From NCBI GenBank assembly GCA_963727625.1, contig CAVSHR010000002.1:64001-128000 (forward strand): a stretch of DNA of 64,000 nucleotides, given 5' to 3'. This document shows, piece by piece, positions 9,339 to 19,472 of this stretch. Origin of the DNA: an uncultured delta proteobacterium (GTDB lineage Bacteria; Desulfobacterota; Binatia; UBA9968). The position numbers were made by a program, and so were the translations under genes. Each line of letters opens with the position of its first letter. Position 1 is the first letter of the stretch. The notes under the pieces are model-generated. The model searched no databases. It had not been told where the DNA came from and saw nothing but the letters and a program-made list of their open reading frames with translations.

Positions 9339-11060
9339 ATGGAAACGAACAAGGCAGTAACAATTCCGGTCGAGACGGTTGGGCAGGCGTATTTGGAAAT
9401 CCTGCGCGCACGGGGGATCAAATATTTTTTTGGCAACAGCGGCACCGACTTCGGGCCGATCATCGACGGCCTGGCGAAGTTGGCCGCCGATAAGAAGGAG
9501 TTTCCGAAGCCGATCACTGTCGCCCACGAGTTCGTGGCGGTGAGCATGGCGCAGGGTTACGCGATGATTACCGGCGAGCCGCAGGTGGTGATGGTTCACG
9601 TGATCGTCGGCACCGGGAACGCCTCCGCGGCGGTAATGAACGCGTCGCGGCTCAACGTGCCGATGATCTTCTCCGCCGGCCGGACGCCGCTGACCGAAGA
9701 AGGGTTGACCGGTAGCCGCAGCAATTTCATTCATTGGGGCCAGGAGTCCTTCGATCAGGGCAGTTTGCTGCGCGAATTTACCCGTTGGGACTATGAGCTG
9801 CGCAACGGCCTGCAAGTCGAGGCGGTCGTTGACCGCGCGCTGGAGATGACGCTGGGTACACCGCAGGGCCCGGTGTACTTGACGCTGCCGCGCGAAGTTT
9901 TGGCGCAGAAGATGGATTCGGTCACGATCCATCCCTATCGGAAAAACAGAGAAGAGCCCTTGCAGCCGAGCGCGGAGTCGATCAAGCGCACCGCGGAAAT
10001 TTTACGCGGCGCGAAAAACCCATTGATTATCACCGGCCGGCTGGGCTCCGATCCGATGGCGGTGAGCGCGATGGTTTCCTTCGCCGAGGCGTTGGTGTCA
10101 CCCGTCGTCGCGCCGGCAAGCCCGTTCGTGAGCATGCCGAACACACACGATTATCATCTCGGCGTGAGCTCCGCGCCTTACATCAAAGACGCCGATGTCG
10201 TCGTGGTCGTCGAAAGCGATGTGCCGTGGTACCCTTTTCAGGGCAAGCCCTCTGAAGATGCCAAAGTCATTCAGATCGCGCGCGATCCCAATTACAGCGG
10301 CATCCCGATTCGCAGTTTTCCGAAGGACATCTCCATCGGCGGCGATCCCAAGCTCGCGCTGCAATTGCTTGCTGAAGAATTGAGGAAGGGCGCGCGAAAT
10401 GAAAAGGCCCTCTCGGAGCGCGCCGAGCGCATACGCGCGCAGCACAAAAAATATCGCGAAGATGTAAAGCAGAAAGCCGAGAAAGGGAGCCACCACCGGC
10501 CGATCAGCCATGCCTGGCTGGCCCATTGCATCGATCAGGTGCGCGACCGAGATACGATCGTGCTCAGCGACCACGGCGTCGGCAGCGAGGTACTCAATTT
10601 GAGCGAGCCTGAAACTTATTTCGGCGGCTCGCCAGCGGGCGGCTTGGGCTGGGGCATCGGCGGTGGCTTGGGCATGAAGCTTGCCCGCCCGGAAAAAACC
10701 TTCATCGTCACCGTCGGCGACGGCACGTACATGTTCAATAACCCGACCGCCTGCCATCTGGTGTCCCAGTCTTACGATCTGCCGATGCTGACAATTATTT
10801 GCAACAACGCGATCTGGCACGCCAGCAAAGCGGCGACGCAACAGGTGATGCCCGACGGCTGGGCCGTCAGCACGGGAAACTTTCCGTTGTGCGAGCTGAC
10901 GCCGTCGCCGCGCTACGAGAAGATCGTCGAAGCCCATGACGGCTATGGCGAGATGGTCGATGATCCACAGCAAGTCTTACCCGCGCTCCAGCGCGCGCTG
11001 AAGGTCGTCAAAGAGGAAAAACGTCAGGCGGTGCTGAACGTGATCTGCGGATCGCATTGA
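9339..11060 (+). CDS. Thiamine diphosphate-requiring enzyme (acetolactate synthase / decarboxylase superfamily)
   Basis: FFGNSGTDF, AHEFVAVSMAQGYA, GPVYLTLPRE, GDG...NN cofactor motif. Confidence 0.9.
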   Translation: METNKAVTIPVETVGQAYLEILRARGIKYFFGNSGTDFGPIIDGLAKLAADKKEFPKPITVAHEFVAVSMAQGYAMITGEPQVVMVHVIVGTGNASAAVMNASRLNVPMIFSAGRTPLTEEGLTGSRSNFIHWGQESFDQGSLLREFTRWDYELRNGLQVEAVVDRALEMTLGTPQGPVYLTLPREVLAQKMDSVTIHPYRKNREEPLQPSAESIKRTAEILRGAKNPLIITGRLGSDPMAVSAMVSFAEALVSPVVAPASPFVSMPNTHDYHLGVSSAPYIKDADVVVVVESDVPWYPFQGKPSEDAKVIQIARDPNYSGIPIRSFPKDISIGGDPKLALQLLAEELRKGARNEKALSERAERIRAQHKKYREDVKQKAEKGSHHRPISHAWLAHCIDQVRDRDTIVLSDHGVGSEVLNLSEPETYFGGSPAGGLGWGIGGGLGMKLARPEKTFIVTVGDGTYMFNNPTACHLVSQSYDLPMLTIICNNAIWHASKAATQQVMPDGWAVSTGNFPLCELTPSPRYEKIVEAHDGYGEMVDDPQQVLPALQRALKVVKEEKRQAVLNVICGSH

Positions 11061-11142
11061 CAAGCGGGACCCAATATCATCGAACAAGAGCGGGTGTCTA
11101 AGGGATTCATTTTATACCGATTTCGCTGAATCTTACGCTGCG

Positions 11143-12105
11143 ATGGACCCCAAGAAATTTCTCACGGCATTTAGACGAATTGCGGTTCTGGGACTGGCAA
11201 GTGTTTTGTCAGCGCTATCGTTGGTGATTCTCCTTGCCGTTATTCATTTTCCCTACGACACTGATTCGCCGCTGACGCAGCGGGAGATTGAAGCGGCTAG
11301 AAAATTTTATACGGAGGCGTACAGGAAGCCTGAAGTCGAGACCCAGGCGAAAAGTGAATACGAGACCAAGTATATTCGGGTAGCGGAAGCCGCAGCCAAG
11401 ACATTCCGAATCGAAGAACAGGTTCGTGAATTTATTCAGCGCTATAATCTAGACGATCGACCCGTTTTGGAAATTGGATCAGGCCGCGGAAATTTGCAAG
11501 ATCTCGCGAAACACTATACCGGACTTGACATATCTCCGAGTGTGGCGCGCTTCTATCATAAAAAATTTGTGCTCGGCTCCGCGACCGCCCTGCCTTTCGC
11601 TGACGGTACCTTCGACGGTGTTTGGAGCATCTGGGTGTTCGAACATGTGCCCAATCCTGAGCAGGCTTTTCGGGAAGCCCGTAGGGTCACGCGAGACAAA
11701 GGAATTCTTTTTTTGCTCCCGGCCTGGAATTGTTTGCCCTGGGCAGCCGATGGATACGAAGTCCGGCCCTACTCGGATTTCGATGTGGCAGGGAAGATCA
11801 TCAAGGCGAGCATACCGCTGCGCTCTTCAATGATCTTCAGGGTTATCTCGCTTTTGCCGATCCGGATGGTACGTTCGGTAGCCGCTCGATACGGCCCGAC
11901 CCGGTTGAGATATCGCCGGTTGAGCCCCAACTATGAGCAATACTGGGTTGCGGATAGCGATGCGGTCAATTCGATTGATAGTCACGAGGCAATGCTGTGG
12001 TTTATCAGCCGGGGCGATGAATGTTTGAACTGCGACGAAGCTTCAGTTTTCATGCCCATCACCTCGCTGCCGCTCATTATCCGGGTCCACAAGGTAGCCG
12101 AATGA
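11143..12105 (+). CDS. Membrane-anchored class I SAM-dependent methyltransferase
   Basis: N-terminal hydrophobic helix; VLEIGSGRG, GLDIS, LPFADGTFDGV, VFEHVPNP. Confidence 0.85.
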   Translation: MDPKKFLTAFRRIAVLGLASVLSALSLVILLAVIHFPYDTDSPLTQREIEAARKFYTEAYRKPEVETQAKSEYETKYIRVAEAAAKTFRIEEQVREFIQRYNLDDRPVLEIGSGRGNLQDLAKHYTGLDISPSVARFYHKKFVLGSATALPFADGTFDGVWSIWVFEHVPNPEQAFREARRVTRDKGILFLLPAWNCLPWAADGYEVRPYSDFDVAGKIIKASIPLRSSMIFRVISLLPIRMVRSVAARYGPTRLRYRRLSPNYEQYWVADSDAVNSIDSHEAMLWFISRGDECLNCDEASVFMPITSLPLIIRVHKVAE

Positions 12106-12238
12106 AGAGCGGTGTCTACCCGCCTTATGGGGAAAACGGCATAACAAAAATTGATGAATTGTGGATTCGCAGAAAGCTCTAGTATCTCCTGGTATCCAAA
12201 CGGATTCGGATGTCTAAACGCGTAATCCCGAAGTACTC

Positions 12239-13228
12239 ATGAAAACAATCATGCTTTTTTTGGTCACACTGATCGCTAGCACCGCAGGGTTGTCGCTTTC
12301 CGCCGCTCAGGAAAAGAAATTGGAAAGAATTCGTATCGGTGGTGGGTCGGTGGGGGCGCCGCGGATGACCATATGGTTCGCCAAGGAAGCGAATCTCTAC
12401 GAGAAGCATGGGCTGGCGATCGAAGCGATCTCGATCGCGGGAAGCTCCATGGCATTGCAAGCATGCTCGCAGGAGAAGTGCCGATAATCCAACTCGGCGG
12501 TACCGCGTCGATGCAGGCCAATCTGGCGGGCGCCGATACGGTGATCGTCGCGACGATTCTCAAATAAATTTCTCTTTTCGATTTTCAGCCGGCCTGAGTA
12601 CGCGTGCATGGCCGATCTCAAGGGCAAGCTGTTCGGCGCGACGCGGTTCGGCACGCTTTCCGATTTCGCGTCGCGGTTCGCTCTCGAAAAAAACGACCTC
12701 AATCCGGACCGGGATATCACCATGGTTCAGGCTGGCGGCCAGCCGGAAACGCTTGCGGCGCTGTTGACCGGCCGGGTCCAGGCGGCGGCCCTCTCGGTGC
12801 CGGCAATTTTGCGGGCGAAGAAGGCGAACATGCGCGAGATTCTCGATATGGCCAAGCTCGAAGCGACGATTCATCAGAACGGCGTGGTGACGTCGCGACG
12901 GTTTCTCAAGACCAACGAAGACACGGTGCGCCGATTTCTGCGCGCTTATATCGAAGGCGCGGCGCTGGCCAAGAAAGACAATGCGTTCGCCACCCGGGTG
13001 ATGGCCAAATACCTCGGCACCACGGATCGCGAGATTCTCGACGACGCCTATGAGCGGGTCACGCTGCACTTGGAAATTCCTCCCTACTCCTCGCGGGAAG
13101 GCGTATCCGTGCTGCTCAAGGCCCTGGAGAAAACTCAAGCCAAAGCGCGCGGTGCGAAGCCGGAAGACTTCATCGACAGCCGTTTAGTTCGCGAGCTTGA
13201 AGAAAACGGATTTTTCAACCGCTTATAG
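12239..13228 (+). CDS. NitT/TauT-family ABC substrate-binding protein with two compensating frameshifts
   Basis: Signal peptide, AKEANLYEKHGL; one base missing near 12462 and one extra near 12563 join three ORFs into about 329 aa ending EDFIDSRLVRELEENGFF. Confidence 0.8.
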
Positions 13229-13268
13229 GCCCTACAAATTTTGCGGAAGCATATCCCGGCCGGTCCCA

Positions 13269-14351
13269 TTAACCGGCGTCGTTGATGGTGTCGATCATTT
13301 GGCGCAGGCGGGCGAAGTCCTCGCGTTTGAAGCGCACCAGGAGACGATACAAGTGGAGTGTGCCGGGTTCGTCGGCTTCGTCGGGCAAAGGGGACGTCTC
13401 GCAGATTTTCCGATTGGCGAGGATGTCGACGAAATCGCGGTTTAGTCGGTCGATCAACGCAGGCGCCGGCGGATTGTTGAGCCGGATCACGAGATCCTTC
13501 TTGACGAAGCGGTAGGAATGAAAGTTCCGATAGAAGCGCGTGATTTCTTCGACTGCGGCATCGGCACTGGTCACGATTTTAAACAAATTCATTTCTCGCT
13601 CGCTGACATAGCCCCCGCTGAGCACGTCATCGCGGAGAAACTCCCGCCAACGCGACCAATAGGTCCCATCCGGCAGATCGATCAAGACAATCGGTACCAC
13701 CTGACCTTTGCCGGTTTGCACCAGTGTGATCGCCTCGAAAAGCTCGTCGTGGGTACCGAAGCCTCCGGGAAAAATCACCACGGCGTCCGACTCCTTCACG
13801 AAGGTGAGCTTGCGCGTGAAGAAAAAATGAAAATTCATCAATTTCGGGTCGTCGCGGATGAAACGATTTGCGTCCTGCAGTGATCTTAATCGAATATTGA
13901 CGCCGAAACTTTTGTCTCTACCCGCGCCTTCGTGTCCGGCTTGCATGATTCCCGGTCCGGCACCGGTGATCACCATGAACCCGGCTTCCGTCAAGCTACG
14001 TGCGCTTTCGCGCGCCAAATCATAATAAGGGTCGCTTTCCTGCACCCGGGTCGAGCCGAAGATGCTCACCTTGCGGATGTGGCGATAGGGTTTGAAAACT
14101 CTGAACGAGTGGCGCAGCTCTTGGAGCGCGCGGTTGATGATCTTTAGATCGCCGCGCTCGGCGTTGTCGTCCGCCAATTTCACCACGGTACGCAGAATTC
14201 CGGCGAACTGATCGTCGTTGCCGGAGCCGTCCCGCATGCGCAGCCACGTCTCGATGTGAGCCACGAGATCGGTTCGGCTCGGTCCATGCTCCTCCGCGGA
14301 TCGTTTTATTTCAGCCTGATTTGCTTCGTCTTTCACTTGTCGTGTCCTCAA
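13269..14351 (-). CDS. LOG-family (TIGR00730-like) nucleotide phosphoribohydrolase, long form
   Basis: VSIFGS, ITGAGPGIMQA, FFFTRKLTFVKESDA, PGGFGTHDE. Confidence 0.9.
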   Translation of the reverse strand: MRTRQVKDEANQAEIKRSAEEHGPSRTDLVAHIETWLRMRDGSGNDDQFAGILRTVVKLADDNAERGDLKIINRALQELRHSFRVFKPYRHIRKVSIFGSTRVQESDPYYDLARESARSLTEAGFMVITGAGPGIMQAGHEGAGRDKSFGVNIRLRSLQDANRFIRDDPKLMNFHFFFTRKLTFVKESDAVVIFPGGFGTHDELFEAITLVQTGKGQVVPIVLIDLPDGTYWSRWREFLRDDVLSGGYVSEREMNLFKIVTSADAAVEEITRFYRNFHSYRFVKKDLVIRLNNPPAPALIDRLNRDFVDILANRKICETSPLPDEADEPGTLHLYRLLVRFKREDFARLRQMIDTINDAG

Positions 14352-14408
14352 TTCGTCTGAGAGGTATTATAGACGAAGGAATGAGGCTGCGGAAGAATGA
14401 TTCAAATC

Positions 14409-14423
14409 GCAACTTGGGTGCCC
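14409..14423 (-). promoter_or_regulatory. Candidate sigma-54 (-24/-12) promoter for the LOG gene
   Basis: Minus strand GGGCAC-CCAAG-TTGC versus consensus TGGCAC-N5-TTGC, about 58 nt upstream of the start. Confidence 0.4.
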
Positions 14424-14630
14424 GTGTGCGAGCGTTTATCTAATGAATGTCGGATAATGGCAAAATGACAAAGAGGGTAGGTGCGGTTGCGGTTCGTGAA
14501 GCATGAATTCGCGGATCTCGCCGGAATGTAAAATTGAGCCTGTGTGACAAAGCCGTGAAATCTTTGCTGGCGAAGACACCTTCCGCCTTAATCAGCTGCG
14601 CGATGGGTGCCAGTGGAACGGCAGAAACGA

Positions 14631-14651
14631 CCGGAACTCATTGAGTTCCGG
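14631..14651. terminator. Perfect inverted repeat, probable terminator of the SLC13 gene
   Basis: CCGGAACTCA-T-TGAGTTCCGG, 16 bp downstream of the stop at 14668; U-tract is weak. Confidence 0.5.
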
Positions 14652-14667
14652 GGTTTTGAATTAGTTG

Positions 14668-16449
14668 CTACAGGCCCAGCGGCCAGAACCAGAGCAGCAG
14701 CGGTAGCGCAACCAACAAGATCAGCGCTTCCAACGGCAGGCCCATGGGCCAATAGTCGCCGAATTTATAACCACCGGGCGCCATAACGAGGGTGTTGGAC
14801 TGGTGGCCGATGGGCGTCAGGAAGGCGCAGGAGGCGCCGATCGCCACGCTCATCAGGAACGGGTCGACCGATGCGCCCATGCCGTTGGCAATGCCGATGG
14901 CGATGGGCGACATCAGCACCGCCGCCGCGGCGTTGTTTACCAGGTCCGATAAAAACATGGTGCCGACGAGCACGACTGCGAGCGTGACTGCCGGGGAGGT
15001 GTGGCGGGCGAAGCTCAATACGCCCGAGGCGATCAGGTCGGCGGTGCCGGTCGTTTCCAACGCCTGGCCGACAGGGATCATCGCGCCGAGCAGCACGATG
15101 ATCGGCCAATCGATGCTGTCGTAGGCGTCGCGCAGAGAAATAATGCCGGCCAGCACCATGGCGACGGCCGCGCCGACGAAACCGATCTGCACGGGCACGA
15201 AGCCCAGCGCCGCCGCCGTAAGCGCCGCGCCGAAAATCATCACGGCGAAGAGCACGCGGCGGGGAAAGCCCAAGCGCAGGCCGCGTTCGGCGAGCGGCAA
15301 GCATCCCAATGCCGGCAGCGCCTGCTGCAAGGATTCGACGACTCCCTGCATAAGCAGGATATCGCCGGCCTGAAACTGAATATTTTTCAATCGCCCCTGA
15401 ATCCGTGCGCCGTGGCGCGCGACGCCCAAGAGATTCACGCCATAGCGCCAGCGCAAACCGAGGGTCCAGGCGGTGTTGCCCTCGAGCGGCGAGCTCGGTT
15501 TGACAATCGCTTCCGTGATGCTCACTTCGTCGGAGCGCAACGCCTCGACGTCTTCTTCTTTGCTGCCTTCGAGTTCAAGCTTGGCTGCGTCGATGAGCGC
15601 CTGGAGAGATTCGGAATCGCCCTCGACTATCAAAACGTCGCCCGGCTCAAGCAGCCGCCAGCGCGAGGGCGCGGCGATTTTCGACTCGCCGCGCACCAAG
15701 CCGACGATCGAGATATCGGCTCCGGCAATGCTTTCCAGCTCACCGAGCGGCTTGCCGATGAGTTTGGAGTCCTCGGGCACGCGCACTTCGGAGACGTAGT
15801 CCTTAATCTGAAACAGCTCTTCGCGCGACGGCTGGCCTTGTCTGCGCGGGATCAAGCGCCAGCCGATGAGCAGGATGAAGAGCAGTCCGGCCAGCGCGAC
15901 GCCGACGCCGACGGGCGAGAAATCGAACATGGCAAAGGGTTGGCTTCCCGCCTTAGCGCGGAAAGAGGCGACGATGATGTTGGGCGGCGTGCCGATCAGG
16001 GTGGTCATCCCGCCGAGCAACGAGGCGAAAGCGATGGGCATCAGAAAGATCGAAGCCGGTTGGCCGCTGTTGCGGGCCATGCGGATGGCGGCGGGCAGCA
16101 GCAGCGCCAGGGCTCCCACGTTGTTCATGAAGGCGGACAGGAGCGCGACCACGCCGGTGAGGGCGCCGAGCTGCAGCACCAGATGGTCGCCGATCCTCAA
16201 GAGGGCCGTGGCGATGATATCGATGAGTCCGGAGTTCCTCAATCCGCGGCTTACGACCAGGACGGCGGCTACCGTAATCACGGCGGGGTGGCCGAAGCCG
16301 GTGAATGCGTCGTCGACCGAAACCACACCACTCAGTGTTGCCGCCAGGAGCGCCAACAGCGCTACGAGGTCGTAGCGCCAGCGCTCGGTGACAAAGAGAA
16401 TGAGGGCCAGAAGCAAGATCGCGAGCAGTATGAGCTGGTGCCAGGTCAT
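14668..16449 (-). CDS. SLC13/DASS-family permease with two TrkA-C domains
   Basis: SAFMNNVGA, GGMTTLIGTPPN, FLTPIGHQSN, GGYKFGDY; soluble central region. Confidence 0.92.
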   Translation of the reverse strand: MTWHQLILLAILLLALILFVTERWRYDLVALLALLAATLSGVVSVDDAFTGFGHPAVITVAAVLVVSRGLRNSGLIDIIATALLRIGDHLVLQLGALTGVVALLSAFMNNVGALALLLPAAIRMARNSGQPASIFLMPIAFASLLGGMTTLIGTPPNIIVASFRAKAGSQPFAMFDFSPVGVGVALAGLLFILLIGWRLIPRRQGQPSREELFQIKDYVSEVRVPEDSKLIGKPLGELESIAGADISIVGLVRGESKIAAPSRWRLLEPGDVLIVEGDSESLQALIDAAKLELEGSKEEDVEALRSDEVSITEAIVKPSSPLEGNTAWTLGLRWRYGVNLLGVARHGARIQGRLKNIQFQAGDILLMQGVVESLQQALPALGCLPLAERGLRLGFPRRVLFAVMIFGAALTAAALGFVPVQIGFVGAAVAMVLAGIISLRDAYDSIDWPIIVLLGAMIPVGQALETTGTADLIASGVLSFARHTSPAVTLAVVLVGTMFLSDLVNNAAAAVLMSPIAIGIANGMGASVDPFLMSVAIGASCAFLTPIGHQSNTLVMAPGGYKFGDYWPMGLPLEALILLVALPLLLWFWPLGL

Positions 16450-16681
16450 CGAATCAGATCTTTCTAGAATCGCCGGATAGTGCCAGCTACGTGATCCCGA
16501 CCCGAATTTTTATATCGAGTGCTGTGCCGGATCGATGGCTCGGTCCGATCGTGGCAAAATCGCCGCTTATCAATTTCGAAATACAACCAGCTATGTTTTT
16601 GCCATGCGGCGCAAAGTGCTACAAATACCGCCGGCGATCGATAGAATCTTAGAGTCATTGAAAGACGATTTTTTGGCGGGC

Positions 16682-17830
16682 TTAAACGGTTTGAACCGCT
16701 GCGGCGGTTGGAATCGCTGCCGCAGTAACGACTTCCCCTCGGATAAAACTCATCAAGGCGCTCTCGACGTCGTCGGCGTTGTTGACGCGCTTCATACGCC
16801 AGCGGAGCTCCTCGGCGCCGGGGAAATCGCGGCAATACCAAAGCAAATTTTTGCGCATGCCATAAAAGCAGTGGTTCTGCACGACACGTTCATAATGGCG
16901 GCTATGCTCGATCATGACGGCGAATCGGGCGGCGAGATTTACGGCGCGCTGCGCGTTTGCGGCGCCGGTTCCGCATAGCGCCTGTTTGACCTGTTCTTTC
17001 CCGGCGAAGAGCCAGGGATTACCCTGAGCCCCTTGGCCGATGAGCACGCCGTCGACGCCGCTCTCGCGCACACGCCGGTAGACATCCGGCATGCCCAACA
17101 AGTCGCCGTTGCCGAGCAGCAACGTTTGCGTGTCCTTTGTGATCTCGACCGCCTGGGCAATGGCTTCCCAATCGGCCTTGCCCTTATATCCCTGTTGCAA
17201 GGTGCGGCCATGGAGCGTGATCGCGGCCGGCTCTTCTTCGAGCAGCGTCGAGAGCCACTCTTTGACAATGATCCGATCGTAACCGATGCGGGTTTTGACC
17301 GACAGCGGCAGCAATCGTCGCGCCGGAGCCCCATCGCCGCCGGTGCGGCGTCGATTGGCGGCGCTGAATGCCTCGACGGCGCTCGGACGAATGCCGATTT
17401 CCTTGAGGCTCTGACCGTTATGCCAGTCTTGCAGTCCCTGGCGCGCCGCGCGGATGATCTCTCCAGCCAATCTTGGCTCGCGGATCAGCGCCGCTCCGCA
17501 ACCGGCGGCGGCGACTTTCCGCGCCGGGCAACCCATGTTGATGTCCAAGCCGTCGAAGCCGAGCTCGCCGACGATATGCGCGACTTTGTAAAAGAGCTCG
17601 GGCGTCTTGCCGTAGATCTGCGCCGCCACAGGGCGCTCGATCTCCGCATAGGTGAAGTCCTTGAGCATCAGTTCGGGGGCGTAGATTGCCGATTGAATGT
17701 TGACGAACTCGGTGAGCATCACATCGGGCCGGCCATACTTCGCGGTCACGAATCGAAAAGACGCGTCGGTCACCCCATCCATAGGCGCGAGACCGATGAT
17801 CGGCCGGGGAATATCTTGCCAGAAGTTCAT
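16682..17830 (-). CDS. tRNA-dihydrouridine synthase
   Basis: LAPMDGVTD, DINMGCP, SVKTRIG, TLHGRT, GNGD, GNPWLF. Confidence 0.92.
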   Translation of the reverse strand: MNFWQDIPRPIIGLAPMDGVTDASFRFVTAKYGRPDVMLTEFVNIQSAIYAPELMLKDFTYAEIERPVAAQIYGKTPELFYKVAHIVGELGFDGLDINMGCPARKVAAAGCGAALIREPRLAGEIIRAARQGLQDWHNGQSLKEIGIRPSAVEAFSAANRRRTGGDGAPARRLLPLSVKTRIGYDRIIVKEWLSTLLEEEPAAITLHGRTLQQGYKGKADWEAIAQAVEITKDTQTLLLGNGDLLGMPDVYRRVRESGVDGVLIGQGAQGNPWLFAGKEQVKQALCGTGAANAQRAVNLAARFAVMIEHSRHYERVVQNHCFYGMRKNLLWYCRDFPGAEELRWRMKRVNNADDVESALMSFIRGEVVTAAAIPTAAAVQTV

Positions 17831-18056
17831 GATCAGTCGTCAAAAATAGCATCCGGCATTCACCGCTTCAAATCCGATTACGATAAGAACAGACGGCGCA
17901 ACTTGCCCCCAACCAGGGAAAGGTCGCAACCGCTCGAACGTTTGAAGTTTCCAAATCGATTTTCTTGCGAGCTCGATAACGCAGGTGGTAGACGCCGCGG
18001 CACGATTCGGTGTAAACCGCATTGAAGGCCGAAATAAATTTTCAGGGGGGTACCTT

Positions 18057-18590
18057 ATGGAAGCTGCCGGATTGGTTCTGGATGCGTTGGGACGCGTGCG
18101 CGACATGGTGCGCGCGGCGCTCAAAGATTTGTCGGCCGAAGAACTGCTGTCGCCGCCCAAACCGCATATCGCGTGGCTGGTATGGCATATTGCGCGGGTT
18201 CAGGACGCCAACTTCTCCGGACTGCTCGCGCGCCAGCAGCTTTGGATCGCCGACGGCTGGTATGCGCGCTTCAACATGCCCCCGGATCCTAAAGACTACG
18301 GCTCCGGCCATCGGCAAACGGCGGCGCAAGTGGATGCGTTCACCGTGACGGATAAAAAATTGCTGCTGGATTATCACGACGCGGTATTCGAGCAGACCAA
18401 GGGGTACCTTTCCACCGTTACCAACGCCGATCTGAATCGCGTGCTCGATGAACCGCAATACCAGCCGCTGCCGACGTTGAGCATCCGGCTGGCCAGCGTG
18501 ATCAACTGCAACACGCGCCACGCCGGTCAAATCGAATACCTGCGCGGACTGGTCAAATTCAACGGTTGGTTTCCAGTGGCGGAGAAATAA
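18057..18590 (+). CDS. DinB/YfiT-family protein
   Basis: HIAWLVWHIARVQD and RHAGQIEYLRGL; ATG 18057 after a G-rich RBS. Confidence 0.85.
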   Translation: MEAAGLVLDALGRVRDMVRAALKDLSAEELLSPPKPHIAWLVWHIARVQDANFSGLLARQQLWIADGWYARFNMPPDPKDYGSGHRQTAAQVDAFTVTDKKLLLDYHDAVFEQTKGYLSTVTNADLNRVLDEPQYQPLPTLSIRLASVINCNTRHAGQIEYLRGLVKFNGWFPVAEK

Positions 18591-18938
18591 ATATCCGTCA
18601 CGGTCTCCGCGGCTTGCGCAAACGTTTCACTTGTTCTCAACTCCCTAAATTGAGGATTGACTTGCGCCAAGCCTGACTTGAGCGAAGTCGAAAGAACGCC
18701 AACGACGCGAACTGACGGATCAGGCCCCGTCATCCCCAACAACACGAGGGGTCTCTGCTCTATGGGGTCGAATTGACAATGCTACCCATTTGCGTGAGAT
18801 AGTTCGGTCTTCGCTTGCGGCTGTACCGCGCCGGCTCTCTGTAGTCAGTTCGACGCGGGAAAAAAGGATTGGCAAGTCTTTGAGCACTGAATTAGAGAAA
18901 ACCGCAGCGGTGTCTAAGAATTTTGGAGGACATGGAAT

Positions 18939-19157
18939 ATGAATGTGGTAAAGGTCTTGGGAATGGTTCTGCTCGTTGCCGGCACTCTGGCGCTGGTGTA
19001 TCGCGGCTTCAGCTACACCAAAGACACTCACCAAGCTAAGCTCGGTCCGCTGGAATTTTCGTTAAAAGAGAAGGAGACCGTCAACATTCCGGCTTGGGTT
19101 GGTGTCGGCGCGATCGTAGCTGGAGGCATCCTGCTTCTCGTCCCGGGAAGGAGATAG
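18939..19157 (+). CDS. Small two-TM membrane protein
   Basis: GGAGG RBS; TM-GFSYTKDTHQAKLGPLEF...KETVNIP-TM pattern. Confidence 0.8.
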   Translation: MNVVKVLGMVLLVAGTLALVYRGFSYTKDTHQAKLGPLEFSLKEKETVNIPAWVGVGAIVAGGILLLVPGRR

Positions 19158-19472
19158 CGAGCCGTCGGAAAATTTCGAGCAACAAGGCTCAACTCTCGCG
19201 CTTCGGTCCGCTGATCATCGGTCAAGCCCAAACTCATCATGGCGCCACCGTGCACGGGGTGATCTGGCCCCCCGGAGGCGATTAGCTTAACCAAGCCGGT
19301 GCAATGCGACTTTAGAAGAATTTATTAATCGCTGTTGGGCCGATCATGCGCTGACGAGGCTGGAAAGTTTAGGTCGATTGCGCTAATTGAGAGGCATACG
19401 AGCGAGCGAACCCGGCATACTGAAACGCGCTTGACGATGCAGTTAATGTTGCGAAGGAAGGGAGCTGACACT

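Noticed and set aside
15001-16467. Long antisense ORFs (488 aa here; also 7926-8864, 17033-18025, 22510-23616, 30755-31693, 56997-58094)
   Set aside because: They are shadows of well-supported opposite-strand genes in GC-rich DNA and show no family motifs.
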